Assembly (NCBI GenBank): GCA_951406725.2
Contig: OX597822.1
Coordinates: 110,112,001-110,176,000 of the forward strand
DNA length: 64,000 nt
From: Octopus vulgaris
Taxonomy: Eukaryota
Direction of reading: 5' to 3'
How positions within the stretch are numbered: the first letter of the stretch is position 1; each line of letters starts with the position of its first letter. Both the position numbers and the translations under genes were made by a program. Below are positions 32,980 through 47,767 of the stretch, in pieces. The notes under the pieces are model-generated. The model saw nothing but the letters and a program-made list of their open reading frames with translations, ran no database searches and was not told the DNA's origin.

Positions 32980-35900
32980 TTTGATATATACCTTTGATAT
33001 ACCTATATAGATTTGATGTATACCTTCAAATGATTCTCCGTTTGGATACTCAGCAAACTCTATGGAATTGCGATTCTTATAAAAGTGTGTATGTGTGTGT
33101 GGTGGTTTAAAAATGGATGTAAATTGGGTGAAGTGTTATCACTAAATAATTGTATCGACAACTCAATTTTCAACTACTATTTCGTAAATTTGTAATGCTT
33201 ATATCTCTTTCTATGTTTGTAACACACACGCACACAAACACGCACACGCACGCACGTACACATACACACTTACATACACACACACACACGCACACACACA
33301 TGTATTTAGAAAAGGGGAATTATGTGGCATCAGCAGAGAAAGAAATATAAATTTTTCAATAAACAATCCAATAAGAGTCAGCAGACGTATTTTATCATGA
33401 ATTTTGTACTTTCTTTATAGTTACCCGTATCATAGATAAAATTACTTGGCAACCAGACTAGGCACAAGTCACTATATTTTAGGAGCAATGAAAATGAGAT
33501 TTCGTCTTTTCCCAAAGATACTAGGAGTACAAGAGAAGTAAACATGGCAGTGAACATTCATAACCTTGTCAAAGTCTATATTCTCTAAGATCTTACTTCT
33601 TTCTTTATGTTATTCGTAACTATCAAATATAAAATATTACCACACAATAATATCCAATTATTATTGTATTGGATTAATGCTACTGCACTGTTTAAAAGTA
33701 AGCATTTTGTTTCAATTTAAACAATACCGAAATGAAACAATCAAATCGCAAACATTAAAAAAATACAATTTTAAAAAATCGCATATAAAAGATTTCTAAT
33801 GAAATCTTATTTAATTAATGTTGAATTAATTTTTGATTTAGATTAAAAAGTATTGAGAAAAATCAATAATTCAAACTGAACCCAAATAACTTTTTTCTTT
33901 ATTAACATTTATTAAAAATGCACTAAAACACGAAGTGAATTTAGTTCAGGCTGTTTTTCTTTTTTATATCTAAATGGTTTTGTTTGATCTTTATCGATTA
34001 CCTTATTAAAAGCTCTTGCTGATCGACTTCGATCAAATTTATTATCCTTCGAGATAGATTTTACTGCTTTTTTTCGTTCTTTTTATCATTGAAGATATCT
34101 AAGGACCATAAAATATCTTAAGAAAATTGAAATTATAATGTTTGTGTCACATTCATTAAAAGCTAGACATTTTTTTTTTTAACTGAAGAAATATGGAAAG
34201 TGAAACGAATTATTTCGTTAATTTCAAAAATTAGAAAAGAGATCTAGGTAACCCGAAAGCGTTACCAGAAATATTCCCAGAAATTAAGAAAGATGAACAT
34301 CTTTAAGATTAAAGTTCTAGTTGCGCCGTGTATATTAATATCAGAACGGTAAGTATTGCAACTGGTTCAATTGATATGGACTGTGGCTACAACGTAAAAT
34401 ATTAGGGTTTTAAATTAGTATTCACCACAGCGTTTTCTTTTGTCAAACACAGATGTTTTCCGTTAGTTTGCCGACCTAAACAGGTAACATGAATAAAACT
34501 CACTGCTATAAATGTTAAGGAACTTAAGATTCATTTAGTTGTCGAATGGAGTTGAAATCTTCCAATGAGACGAGTTTATGTTAGAAGTGCTGATACAGAG
34601 GGCTAGTTTATTTCCTTCCCCTCCATGGTACTATAACCCTGCATCAATCAGAAAACGCAGGAATATCTGAAACTGAAGGCATAACAGAAAATGAAAGAAT
34701 AATGAGCAAACCATTATTTCGGTTAAAATAGTCAATACAATATCGATTTATTTATACGAAACACAAGAATTTGTTTTCAAGAGAGTGTATTTTGTCAAAT
34801 AAATCAGACCCAACAACATAACTAGCACTTAAGCCAACGGCTCTTATCACACAGTCAAAAAAGTACCAATATTTATAAATCTAGTGTAGAACGTTCAACA
34901 CAAACCCTGATATAATTATCAATTAAAATCACTTTACAAAGTCGTCATTGTATTTTCTTTTGTTCTTCCTATTTCCCGGAGTCCAATATTTGCAATAATT
35001 AATTTTTAATTTTAAGGATGGGGATTATATGTCAGATTATAATTAGTTCTGTTTTTGAAAGAGAATATTAATTTTTGCCAAATCCTATGCGTGAAGAAGC
35101 AACATGTAATTTCAAAACGTAATTGTGACTAACAATGAAAGATAATCTTTCAAACAATTTAACTTATTAAAAAAAAACAAAAACAAAAAACAATTGGAGA
35201 TTTTGATTGACAAGGGGAAAGTTTTATTGTTTATTTGTTGGTATTTAAACATCTTCTGAATTAATACAAAGGCCTCATAATCTTAAGACAGGAGAATATT
35301 GTACGTTTTGATGTTCATCTCTTTCCAAAGACATTTACGACATAACTAAAACAGAATAGTTTGCAATGAAGAATGGAAACAGACTCGCAGACTCAGCTTA
35401 CCAACAGCTTATATATTTTATAGTTTTTACATTAAACATGCGAACTTCCTCATCCGTTACACGCTGAAGGGATTAAAGGATTTATCAAAATCTTTGCTGT
35501 GTATGTTCTTAGTGTATTACTCACCACAGTTTGCTGTGCATTTCTTTCTTGGGATAGATAAAATAAGTGGTGGAAGGAATTCATTGAACGCTGTCGGTTT
35601 CGGTTTATCTATTATTCAGAAAAGAGAACAGACAGCAATAAGCTTTGTAGGTGCCGGTAGAATAATGAGATTGGTTACGTCGATGTTTACTTCGAATCTC
35701 TATAGACTGGCGCATGCAAGAAGGAACTTGGGCGCGGAGAAAGTAACAGTGGAAGACGTGGAACTGGGGAAGAAATAATTAGGCAATATTTAGTGCGGAA
35801 TATGGCGTATGAAGAAGTGGTTGGATGGAGGGAGCACTGTTGTTGGATGAACCAGAAGATATAAAAATGGTAGTTATAAATCATCTATGAACAAGTAGCT

Positions 35901-37299
35901 GTAATATGGTGGTAAGTGAATCTTATCCAGTTTTCTAACTGGATGGGGTCTATATTGTATATATATTTCAGAAATCACTGTAGAAGATATGGGCAATACT
36001 TCAATATTGCGGGTATTTGAGCCTTGTAGAGGGTTAGAATTTGATTAACGTCGAAGTTTTTACAATCTCTGAATTCTAAATTTTGTAAGGAATATAGATT
36101 TGGCAACGTCATGTGTGAGTTCGCTATGAGATAGCTTGAGGTCTATCATATAGGACGATTTTAAGGATTTAGTTCTTTTTGTATACAGAAGGGCTATAAT
36201 GCAGAAGGTTTTCGTTCATATGTGTAGCAAATGCATCTTTGTACTGTAGAAGGAGACTGAGTTTTAATACCCTTTTAAGAATTTTACAGTTATCTGTTCA
36301 TGAAAGAAGTACGTATGTGACATCAGTTCGCTCTGATGAAGGGAAAATATAAGATTAAATGTCAAAATATTTTTCCAATAGCATGGCTACAAATGTATAG
36401 AAATATATATTGAAATTATATTCGTTGAGTAGGCACAAATATTTTATATTTTAGAGGCCGGTACTACGACGTTCATAGAACCTGTATTTTAAAGGTTTAC
36501 AATATTTTTGTTACTTTACCAAATTGACGACAGCTGTCTTTGTTTTGAAAATATAATATAATAAACAAAAAATATCCAGGGGGTGTTCTTTAATGAGAAC
36601 TGAAGGTTTTAAACTACGCAGTATTCATTTTAGCATCTTTTAAATTATTTTTAAAACTAATATTGTTGAATGTTTGACTCAATATTATTTACCTGATGCA
36701 AATGTGATAGTGCTGATTGCTTAAACTTTCGACGCCAAAGATATCCCTTAATATGTTAATCAAGCTTGATGGCGTCTGGTAGAATGGAAGTTGAAATTAT
36801 CGAGCAAATATCTCTCCCAAGAGAATAAGTGATTGAACTGAAGTGAAATTGTTGCAAACTAAATCGAAATCAACTGTTTGGTTTGGCTTGCTGGGATTTT
36901 ACATTATTGAAAATTCAATATTTTATTATGAGACATAGTAATTATGTAAATTAACATGACACAAAAATATGGATTAATTTTATGCAAAAAAAGGTATTTC
37001 TCGACATACTCTCAAACAATAATGTGTTTATAACTCAAACCATAACGTATGTGTCTAGCAAACGAAAGATGATAGTTCCGACACACCTGGATCTCAATAG
37101 TTTCAGTGCAGCTGGGATCACACGTTTTCTCAGTGAGATTATACACCCATCATTATTGCGAGTACGACTACTGGTGGGATACTTTTAGCAATCACTACTC
37201 AAGAAAAATTACGCAATGTGAAGAAAATGAATAAATTATTTCTATATTAGAGAGTCGTCCTGACCTTGCTTTATTTTAGAACAAGGGCAGATATAAATA

Positions 37300-39727
37300 C
37301 AGGCACACCACGGCTTGAGTTGTTTCGATTTAAGTCGTTCTCGATTATACGTCAGTTTTCAAAAATAATATATGGAAAACTAAAAACAAGTTAAATCATT
37401 TTACTCGATTTTACGTCTGTCCGCCACAAATACTGGAATCGTAAAATCACCAGAAAATCGTTAAAAGCACATAAAATCATGTTACTGAACAATAAACAAA
37501 AATAAAAGCATGTAAAAATTATTTTAAAATACGTACAGTAAATGTTAAAATGCACACCATAAAGTAGTATAGCTTAGTGAACGAAATCATGAAAACAGCT
37601 GTGTTTTCTCATTGATCGGTCTTTCGGAGCTCATATTCCAATATCTACAGTTAGGCGTCGCTGTCACTCGTGATTCCCGTGATTGTTTTGAATTCAGATT
37701 CGTTTACATCTGTTTATCGGCTACTTTCTCATTGTCATTCATTTGTGACTTTATTCTTTGCCTCATGGCTCCTAAGAAAATTCACAGTGAAAGTGCTATG
37801 ATAAAACGCCATGAAAAAGGTTAAAAAGTGGTAGCAATTGCACGATCTTTTGGGATGAGGTGGACAACTGTATCCATGTGTGTACATACTACGGACAAGA
37901 TTTTATCAAATATCAAATATGAAGCCCCAGGGATGAACAACACTGTCATCAATAAGAAAAGTGGCAAAATCTTTGAGGAAATGGAAAGGCTTGTTTCTCT
38001 TTGGATTGTTAGGTTGAATAATCAGCGTGCTACTATTAGTCAAACAATCATTCAAGAAAAAGCGTTGTCTTTGAGGACCTGAAGAAAAAATATCCAGGTG
38101 AGAAAGATGTAGAGTTCAAGGCAAGTCAAGAATGGTTCATGAGATTTAAGGAGCGAAGAAGTTATCACTCCATTAAGAAACAAGATGGAAGTGCATCAGC
38201 TGGAATTTCCTAATGCATTTAAGAAAACGGGTTTCTTCCCGAACAGATTTTTAACGTGGACGAAACTGGATTGTATTGGAAAAAAATACCGGACCAAGGA
38301 GAAGAAAACTATTCCCCGCTACAAGGTCTCAAATGAATTGAGGTAATTGTGCAGAATATTTTAAGTTTAATCCATTGCTTGTGTATCATGCAGGCAACCC
38401 CCGTGCCCTGAAAAACACACCCAAGACATCTCGCCTTGTCATACTGATGGCTAATTCAAAAGCATGGGTTTCTGTTGTTGTTTTTAAAGATTGGTTCTTC
38501 ATTCATTTTATCCAAACAGCAGAGAAGTACTGTAAGGAGAAGGCGATTCTTTTTAAGGTTTTACTTACCCTAGCTATTGCTCCTGGCCACCCGCAAAACA
38601 TCGTAGATTTTGACCTCAACGTTACCATCGTATATCTCCCTCCGAACACCACGTTTCTTCTGCAGTCAATGGGTCAGCGAATAACTGCTATCTTCAAGCG
38701 TTACTATATGAAGCGTGACTTTTGGAAGAAATGCGAAATCAACAAGGCTGTACAGAACATAGTGGTGGCATGGAATGATGTACAGAGCACGGCTATGAAT
38801 GGTGTATGGAAGAAGTTATGCCCACAATTTATGAATGATTTTAACGGGTTTTATAATGTTGCCATCAACAAAACGTTGGTGACTACGAACAAAGAACTGG
38901 AAATGGATTTGGAAGAGGAGAATTTCACAGATTTATTTGAAAAATACAAGAAGCCCATAACGAACGAACATTTGATAGAGCTTCACGAGCAGCAAAATAA
39001 AGAAGGGGAAGTCGAACCTTAGCCATGTCACTTTACCATTCAGAAAATGGAGCAAGCATTTGCATATATCGAAAAAGGTCTTTCTATGTTCGAGAATATG
39101 GATCCAAATGCCCAACGCTTTTCCAAGATTGTGGGGATTGTCATGAAGCTTTTGCTCCTTTTAATGTAATCCTTGAGGAAAAGAAGAAGACTGTTCAAGG
39201 AACTATCAACCGGTTTTTTTAAACGCATCGAACAAGAACAGCCAGAATCAGCTGTTGATGTTGACGATCCACAGCCATCTACATCCGTGATGCAAACCAC
39301 TAAATTTTATGTACATATTGATAAATTTAAAATAATTTAGTTTTTTTTTCTACTATTACAAAATAATAATTACTGAATTTGTTTTTTAAGCTTAAAAAAG
39401 GCTTTTATTTTACCATGTCTTATTGCAAACTGCATTCATAAATAAAGCGTCCGCGACGTATGATAAACACCGCCAAATTGTATTCATAAATTTAGATTAC
39501 TTTTTCTTTTAATGTACTGCATTAAAAAATAAACATTATTTGTTTGTAAGCTTAAAATAGGTTTTTATTAACCATGTATTATTGAAAATGCTTTTATAAA
39601 TAAAGTACAGAACTGGGAATGGTTATTATCGGTTTAGCCTAAAGACAAGTTAATTTGGCTTAAGTCATTTTTCGACTTAAGTCTTGTTTCTCGGAACCAA
39701 TTAACGACGTAGGGTGAGGTATGCCTG
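37300..39727 (+). mobile_element. Full-length decayed Tigger/pogo DNA transposon (~2.4 kb)
   Basis: TA-CAGGCACACC ... GAGGTATGCCTG-TA termini with a transposase relic inside. Confidence 0.9.
37765..39303 (+). pseudogene. Tigger-type transposase (CENP-B-like HTH + DDE), many stops and frameshifts
   Basis: MAPKK..IARSFGM..TTV, IIQEKAL, WFMRFKER, FNVDETGLYWKK, NSKAWV, APGHP, LPPNTT, NGVWKKLCP. Confidence 0.9.
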
Positions 39728-41199
39728 TATTCTATAATATCGTAGTTACATTTGCGTTGATGACTGATACTGAAGGTAAAATTACACAAGATTAACTATT
39801 GGCTGTTTTCCAAGCTTTATTCACTCCAGTTGTTTAGTTACACTTCAGAATATTATATCATTGCTTTGTTGCCTAGACGACTTCTGGTTGTACCTTTTAG
39901 TTTCGGTTATAAGTATGGAAGCCCATATATTTGCACATTAAATAATAGTAACATTACACGAAGTATTTTATATGAACAAAAATTTAATTATCTTCAGGTT
40001 ACATTTGTACTTGGGTAGTAGACTCAATCTGTCTACTGGCTTAACACCATTTCATCTTTGGATAACTTTAGCTGGTCCAATCTACTGCCGGCTTTCATTT
40101 GTTTTCAAGTAAATCATAATATCGTACATGGGCGCAGATCTTAGATTTATAGAGTTAAGAAAGTATGTTATGATATAATAGCGATATTTATGAAATAAGA
40201 CGATTAGAACCAGAAGAGAAATTGAAAAAAAAATAAAAAATTTCAGACTATATTTCTTATTTAGAGACTGTTTTGAGCAAAATGTTCCTTAGTGTTGTCA
40301 CGCTTAAGTTTTTGCATTAGACTGAAATCTCTGACAGGAATAACAATCAGATTGAACCGAATAGAATTACGGGAGGATACGATTATTGATCAAATGTGTA
40401 AAGCACCAGTAGGAAAATTGGTAGTCATAATGATTCACAGCATATTTTTAATATAATGAACATACAAATTCGCACACATAAACTTATATATATACAATTA
40501 CGCACAATCACATGCAAATACACGTTCATGATTTACATCAAAAGTTGAGAAATTCATCTCCATGTTGGAGATGAATTTACTTATTTTTTCACGTTGGAGA
40601 GATCTCCACGTAAGTGGATATTCTGTAGATATTTGTAAGTTCTTGAAAATAAATATTTCGTTAAATATGTATTTGGTTATTAAAAATAAATGACTACACT
40701 GAATGTATAAACGTGACGTGCATCACGTAACTACTTGGCAAATACACAGTAATAAGTTACGCAGAAGTTTTACACACGATACATCCTACAACTAAATTAA
40801 TATTACGTAGTATCTTTTTGTACTAGCTATACAGAGCAATTACCATTATTATTCATGTTATATATCTGGTCAGAAATGTATCTTTAGTTTTATGACACGA
40901 CTTATTGCAGGAACCACGGATTATGTTCATATGTTTCTGAACGAAGTAAGAATGATAATAACCTCGTTGACCCTGCTACGTGATGTTTCAAAATAAAAAG
41001 ATTTAGTGAGACATTTTAACCTCCGTGAACTTTTGTGAAACTCACCAACGATTTATATCATCAAAACAAATTAGAAAAAAAAGTTCTATTTTAAATCAAG
41101 ATTGGCCTTTTCTTTGATAGACTGTTAGAGAGTCGAAGATTTAATCCTATCAATAATATTTTAGTAACTTCTTATTGATTTCGATTAAAAGTTGTCAAC

Positions 41200-41540
41200 T
41201 CTCACAAGCATGTTACAATGTTCCCAGGAAAATGTCGTTATTTTCAACATTTAACAATCTCATTTAACGAACATTAGTGAAACTTCAAAAGAAAGTTACC
41301 ACTTCAAGTTCTGAGAAACGATTCAACAGCGAACAAATACCCTGCAATTATCGCCAAAGTGTGATAATTAGCGTTCTTTATGAAGAATAACTTTTTCCTA
41401 AGATAGTGGAGGTGTCGCCTCTGATGCTGTCTCCAACTACATTGATTAATTAGACAAAGTAGTAAAAATTTGTCCGTTCTAACTCAACAAATTCTCTCCT
41501 TAGATGACCTCAACGATAATTCTCTGAATATTTTAAAATC
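41200..41540 (+). pseudogene. Possible hAT transposase C-terminal relic
   Basis: ANKYPAIIAKV followed by FP..VE...SDAV-like residues resembling the hAT dimerisation motif. Very decayed. Confidence 0.25.
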
Positions 41541-44500
41541 ATAACATTAAAAAATATAAGCGCAGTGGTGAAGGCAGAGTGTCTGAAAAATAAATGCATA
41601 ACGATAGTTTACTTATCAATTTCTGATTTATAATTTCTCCCGAGTCGACTTTACCTTTAATTCTCAGGAGTCGATAAGATAAATACCAATAATGTATTAA
41701 GATTGATTCACTCATCTGTACAAACTCATTTACATAAAACTTCAGCATTTAAAACACATGGCAGACTCTCTTTTCCATTCACTAAAGTCAGTTATCTTAT
41801 TCAACAAAATATGAACATAACAAATCTTATTCCTTCTCTGCTGAAAATACTGGGCTTTTAGGTTTATGAAAAGAAGCAAATAATAAGAGGTATATTTAAA
41901 TAAAGTAAAAAGCTCCTGGTAAATTAAATAACTGAGCTAATTTCGAGTTTTGCTTTGAAGCTAATTACGTTTAGTAACCTTGTACATGATTTTCTATCGA
42001 GAAAGCATGGTTGTCTCACGCACTTTTTACAGTATTGTGCTTAATGACAACCTCACTGCCAAACCAAGGGCCATCTTCCATTCATTTTATTATACATAAT
42101 GAATTCATTTTATCATACATAATATTCAAAGAATGTAGAGAGGTGGATAATAAAATCTTACTGAGGTGTTTTATTGTTGTTTGCCTCCAGGTTATACTCG
42201 ATCGAATAAATGTATAATCAAAGGCTAGTCTTTATAACATAATTTATCTGGACTGGACGGTATACCATAATTTATCTGGACCGGACGTAGAAATTCTTTA
42301 TACTCACTGGCGCTGAGGTGAATTAATCTTTTCTAATGCAACAAAAGAAATTTAAATTATGATTGGATGTGAGGTGAGTTAAGCCCTAGAGGTAAGTTAA
42401 GCTCTAGAAATAAGTTAAGCTCTAGACATTCGCATTAGCAGTTTCTAATTTAAGATTTACATTTCACTTACGTTAACGCCTCTAGCAAAGTTTTGCTTCA
42501 AAAATTATAATTACTTCTCTTTTAAAATATAATCAGTCATAACTATAGATATAAGATATAATTATATAGACTGATATCTATATACATTTAGTTCCACAGT
42601 AATATTTGACCTACGAGAGGCTTTTAAGCATGATGAGGTGAAGATCGAACCGATCATTTTTATTCTTATTTAACAATTCATTGGAACTTCTCAATATTTT
42701 CCCTCAGATTGCCGATGATTGAGGTAGAATGCTATTTATTAAAGTGTAAATAAAACAAGAAACTAACAAACACCATTTATATAATGGATCAAGGTTGACA
42801 GCTCAACAATAATAACTAGAGGTTGTAAACGGGGGTTGTGATCAAATAATATTTGTACTTATATCTTGTTGAAAAATTAAAGGGAAGAAGACACCTGTAG
42901 TCCTAATTTCACGGTAAGACGACATGCATATGAGTCCATATATTCCTTATTCTTTACTTTTACTGTATTTGTACTCGAGCAGCTTAGATCGAATATATCA
43001 CTGAACATTGCAATATGTTATCTAGTTTATATGAAGTCTTCTGCTTTCAAATCCGTTCTGGGTTCCTTTTGCATTTTCCCGCCCGGATTGGTAAAGTAAC
43101 AATCAATAATGATTAAGTTGCTTCAGTCGGTTGCATTTCTTCTCAATTAAATAGGGTTCTATATATTTTGCAGAAGAAGGAAGTATTTACAATAACGCAG
43201 ATAAGACTTATAATATAAAAGTGACTTAAATTGTTGCGTTTTTCTTAAAACACCACAAGGAGATATAACTGTATATCAGTCTGATTTTCTTTATTTATCG
43301 TGTATTTATCGTATTACCAAATCTAGTGACTTTTCATTAATGATGTCTAAAAAGAAAAGATTCGATTATTTGATGTAATGTGTGATACTCTATTTAGTTT
43401 CCTACATTCTTCATATTAACAAAGTTTTTGTTATATCTTCTCTCAGACTTCATCAAATATTACCCTTCACTGACTCCCTATTCTCCGCCTTCTCCTTCTT
43501 CCAAGTTATCATTTTCTTTTCTTTCAAATTCCTTCATCTTTCCCCTAATATCCTACTTAAACAAGACCGTTTTCTCATGAAAAGACACAACATAAGAATC
43601 TCTTCAAATTACCTACCAATATAACTCCTATTTCAGGATTCGCTGAATTGGCTCCTCTTGCATTGTAGGCAAACATAATTTTCTTTGAATTCTAGTGACA
43701 ATATTTGTCTTTAGTTTATTGCCAGCCAGACGAATAATTAAGTAATTTAATTTATCAAGAATCTAAAGATCAATGAAATTATTTCTACTGTTAAAATAAA
43801 ATTATAAAGCTGCTCTGTGTGACAATTTTACGTAAATTAGAGAAAATAAACAACCATTTAAGTTGTTAAAAACAGTTTTAGCTTTTGTGTGTTTATATAA
43901 AGTCACGATTGATACAACAACTATAAAGAAACAAAGAATAATACGTCGCTTGAGGGACTACAGAACTACACCTTTATATATGAAGGTGTGTATGTGTCCA
44001 TCCATAAATTTCTTGTGAACCAATATCCTCAAACGTTGGGCAAGACATACCGTGGGCATTGATTGGGCAGAGATGGTGTATAGGATAGTGAAGGAAATAG
44101 ATTAAACCGAAATTCTTGAATATATAGTTCGTATCTGACAGATATCATGTGACGAAGACCTGAGCATGTTAGACAGTATTTCCAACCTTAACGATATTAA
44201 CAATCGTCGTATATATTTTCCCATGGCTGTATACTTTCTCTACTATAAATAGGTACACCACGTCTGTTGCAGTATTTTTCCACCGTAGAAGAATCTGCAA
44301 ATACTATGTAATTCTACGACACTATATAGAATGGAATATAGATCTGTTTTAGTTATAATGGCATCATAATTTTGGCATCATAATTATAATTATTCTGCCG
44401 GTAGAATTTATGGAGAAAGTAAAGTGAAATGGTTTAGCAGTCTATGACCGACACGAGCCTACATCATAATCTATAAAACTTCTACTAAATCTAGACAAAT

Positions 44501-45446
44501 AAATAATGATACCTTAAATAGACGACAGTCTGAAGCCTTCAGATGTACTTAGATATTACCATCACCATATGTAGCCAGTGAAATCTGCATCCGGTAAGCA
44601 AATATACAGAGTGGTCACTTGAAACGCATAAAATTCGTGAAAAGCTGATTTATATTTACACAAGATCTATCTGAGGTAAACAGTAAGAGTCACAAAGCGT
44701 GATGTCGTATTAACACTCACAAATGTTCAAAATGTCATCTTTGCACTTCGTGACAGTGTTTTAATCGTGATATCCAAGCTCGTGTGACATTTTGAAGTGT
44801 AATTTGAGGGTTGCCATTCCAAGCTTATTAAAAGCCCGTTTTCAATTCATCAATGACGGTTATATGGCATCGATATTTTTGTATCTCTGCTAATAGCAAG
44901 CTCCAGACACAATAATCAATAACAGAAACAACGAATCGCAACCAACTATTACACAATTTATTTATGATCTAATTAATGCTTGTTAATTTTGCTTTCAAAT
45001 TTGCCGCTTTTGTTGCGAACACACTGTATATTCGGTGTATGCAAATTAGATTGGTTGGAGATATAGGGTTTATACTTATATGAATTCCTAAATGCCATGT
45101 TATTAATTCGGGCCTCATCCATACACTCTTTTTTATATATTTAATTGATTTATCTAAATTGGAGTTCGTATTACTAGATTGCGAGTCAGTTCCGTTCAAG
45201 ATATTTGCAATTTTGGTCTTAAGAATTGTATCAGGGATGTAAAATATTGCTTTTTTAAAACCGCTTGGTTATAATACGGAGGGTGAGTATTGAATATCTC
45301 CTCATTCGCTGATAAATTTGAAATTCTAATTGAGATAGCTGTTACCATACCATTGAGGGATGATCTAGGATGATTAGAGAGAACATTTAGGTACTGAAGG
45401 GTTTTGTTTGGTTTTCTATATGGATGGTGAAGATTAGTGTTAAGAT

Positions 45447-45699
45447 GTGGTGGCGCGTGGCTTAGTGGTTAGGGTGTCAGCACTATGATCGTAAGAGTGT
45501 GACTTTGATTCTTGGACCGGGCGACGTGTTGTGTTCTTGAGCAAAACACTTCATTTCACGTTGCTCCAGTCGACTCAGATGGTAGAAATGAGTAACACTG
45601 CGATGGACTGGTGTCCCTTCCAGCTGGGGAACACATACGCCATTGAAACCGGGCCCATGAGCCTGGCTAGGCTTTAAAAATGCGCATTTATTTATTTAT
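45447..45699 (+). mobile_element. tRNA-derived SINE with V-domain-like core
   Basis: A-box TGGCTTAGTGGTTA, CTGCGATGGACTGGTGTCCC core, (ATTT)n tail. Confidence 0.85.
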
Positions 45700-46627
45700 A
45701 AAAAAAGTTTAAGTGTGACGTCTAAAAACTTAGCTATTTTATTATCTATTTTAAACACTATAGTAAAGTTATAATTTAAAAAATTATTTAATATTTCTTA
45801 GTACGTTCAATCTCCGGACGAGATAAATTGTTAGTTGCCAAAAGTGTGTTGTCGCTATAGGGACCCAGGATATGTTGCTTAATTTTTGAGAGAAGCAACA
45901 GTCCCACAAGGTCTGTTATTTGGGCTGAATTCGAAGAGCCCATTTTTATGTCAAAAAGGTCAGAGTTAGTATTTCGGATCCAATTTTTATCATTAAAGTT
46001 TATAAGGGATTTTCTAGTAGCTAGGACAATATCTATATGAGATGAAGAAATGGTTGTATAGTTTTGAGCAAATGATAATGCTTCACTCTGTAAATTAGGT
46101 GTTATTGAAGCATAACAACCTGAGATATCAAATTGGATGAAATTGATGTGATGTTTGTCCTTCAGGAAATGAAACCATGCAATTACGTCACCGTTAGAGT
46201 TCCGAACGGGGAGCTCTACATTTTTCTTTAATTTCAGGTAAAACTCTATCTAAAATTGTTTTACTAATCTTGCCTAAGACTGATTTTGTAGGACATATTA
46301 ACCGAATAGATGTTTTACTTTGAAAGTTAGGTTTATGGTCCTTCAGTGTAAAATGTAGTGTTCTCGAAATGTATGGTTCAGTTCTATTGTGCAGGTTTAA
46401 ACCCTTCAGTAGTTTATTATGTATTTTATTAACACCTTTCAATACATTTGCGTGAGCGTATTTGTAATTAGCGTTAAGCTCTTTTTGTATTAAACTATTG
46501 TAGGTTTCAATAGGTAATGAATAGAAGTTCTTAGTTTTATCAGAAAATGCATGTAAATATTGTGAGGAACATATTTTAGAAATGGTTTTAGAGGGTTCTT
46601 TTCAAAAAAGGATTAGTATATATAGAA

Positions 46628-47019
46628 CTAGCAGTATCGCCCGGCGTTGCTCGGGTTTGTAAGGGAAATAACTATATAAGCATTTTTAGAGATGTAAAGT
46701 ATAATAGCCATCTCAATATGGCTAACCACAAATGGGGGGTTACTGTAGCTTTTTACGTTCTGAGATTTAATAATACATTTTTAGAGAGTTACTTCTCTTA
46801 TATATGCCAAAAATGCATTAAAAATGGGAAAAAATGATGGTAATTTTTTTTTAATCGTAGACTCATCGTAGACGCGCGCTAATACCCAGAAGGGCTCGAT
46901 ATGAATCACGACTATAAGATTCCCGGTTTTGGTTAAACTGCACCGCAAAATGTGGGAGTAGTTAGGAATCTAAATCGTAGGAGACAGACAGCACACAACT
47001 TCACTTTTATATATAAAGA
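46628..47019 (-). mobile_element. Non-autonomous Helitron
   Basis: Same termini and family as 18543-18937. Confidence 0.9.
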
Positions 47020-47644
47020 TATTTTAGGTCTTTTATCATATGCATTAAATCTTTTTTCGAATTTCGTCTTTGCGGGATTTGGAGGAGTGTTCATATCAGA
47101 TTTCGTATTGTAAGTATCTTTTTCTATACTTTTAACAGGGCGTTTGCATTTTGATTTAGAATCATAATAGAATGTTCTGCATCTCATCCTAGTAATGAAA
47201 TCGTTAGTTTTTTTTTTTTGTAGAAGGGCTTTCGTATATGAACACGTAGATGGTATCGGGAGATTTTTAATTGAACAAATTGTGAATTGATTCTCCATTA
47301 ATATTGCCTATATGAAGTGCTCCAGGGAGCCAATTGTATATAGTAAAATTTCTTTGTGTATTGTATAGGCAGAAGTTAGAAGTGCTCAGATTAAAGCTCG
47401 GGATTCAAGTGGGATTAATTACATATACTTACTGAAAATCTAATCTCAGCGCTATGATTTTTCGTTATTCACACTTTTCGTAAGAGGAAATGTTATAGCT
47501 GGAATTATGGGGAATACAATTTAGAAAAGATTTTAAATGTTAAGCAGGTAATAATTAATCAACTTGCATCTCAGGCTTTTATGTGAGCACTTCAAACTAC
47601 TGCCGATACAATACACAAAGAAATTATACTACACACACACACAC

Positions 47645-47734
<90 letters not shown>

Positions 47735-47767
47735 TTGTAGATACATACTCATACAAACATACATACA

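Larger units (their letters stand above)
44990..47298 (-). pseudogene. Decayed Penelope-like element RT ORF, interrupted by a SINE and a Helitron
   Basis: SIKNLPIP..FITRMR, FTLKDHKPNF..RLICPTKS.LGKISK.ILD, FIQFDISGCYASI, MGS..SAQITDLVG, FLDVTL|NLNT, PYRKPN..LQYLNVLSNHP, RISNLSANEEIF. Confidence 0.85.

Noticed and set aside
36333-36350. CTGATGA...GAAA hammerhead-like words
   Set aside because: No stem II or stem I can be formed.
45447-45530. tRNA-like A/B boxes here and in other SINE heads
   Set aside because: They continue into SINE core and tail, are dispersed in multiple copies and form no proper cloverleaf, so they are not tRNA genes.
46933-47298. 121-aa ORF as a standalone gene
   Set aside because: Chimera of the Penelope N-terminus reading into the inserted Helitron.
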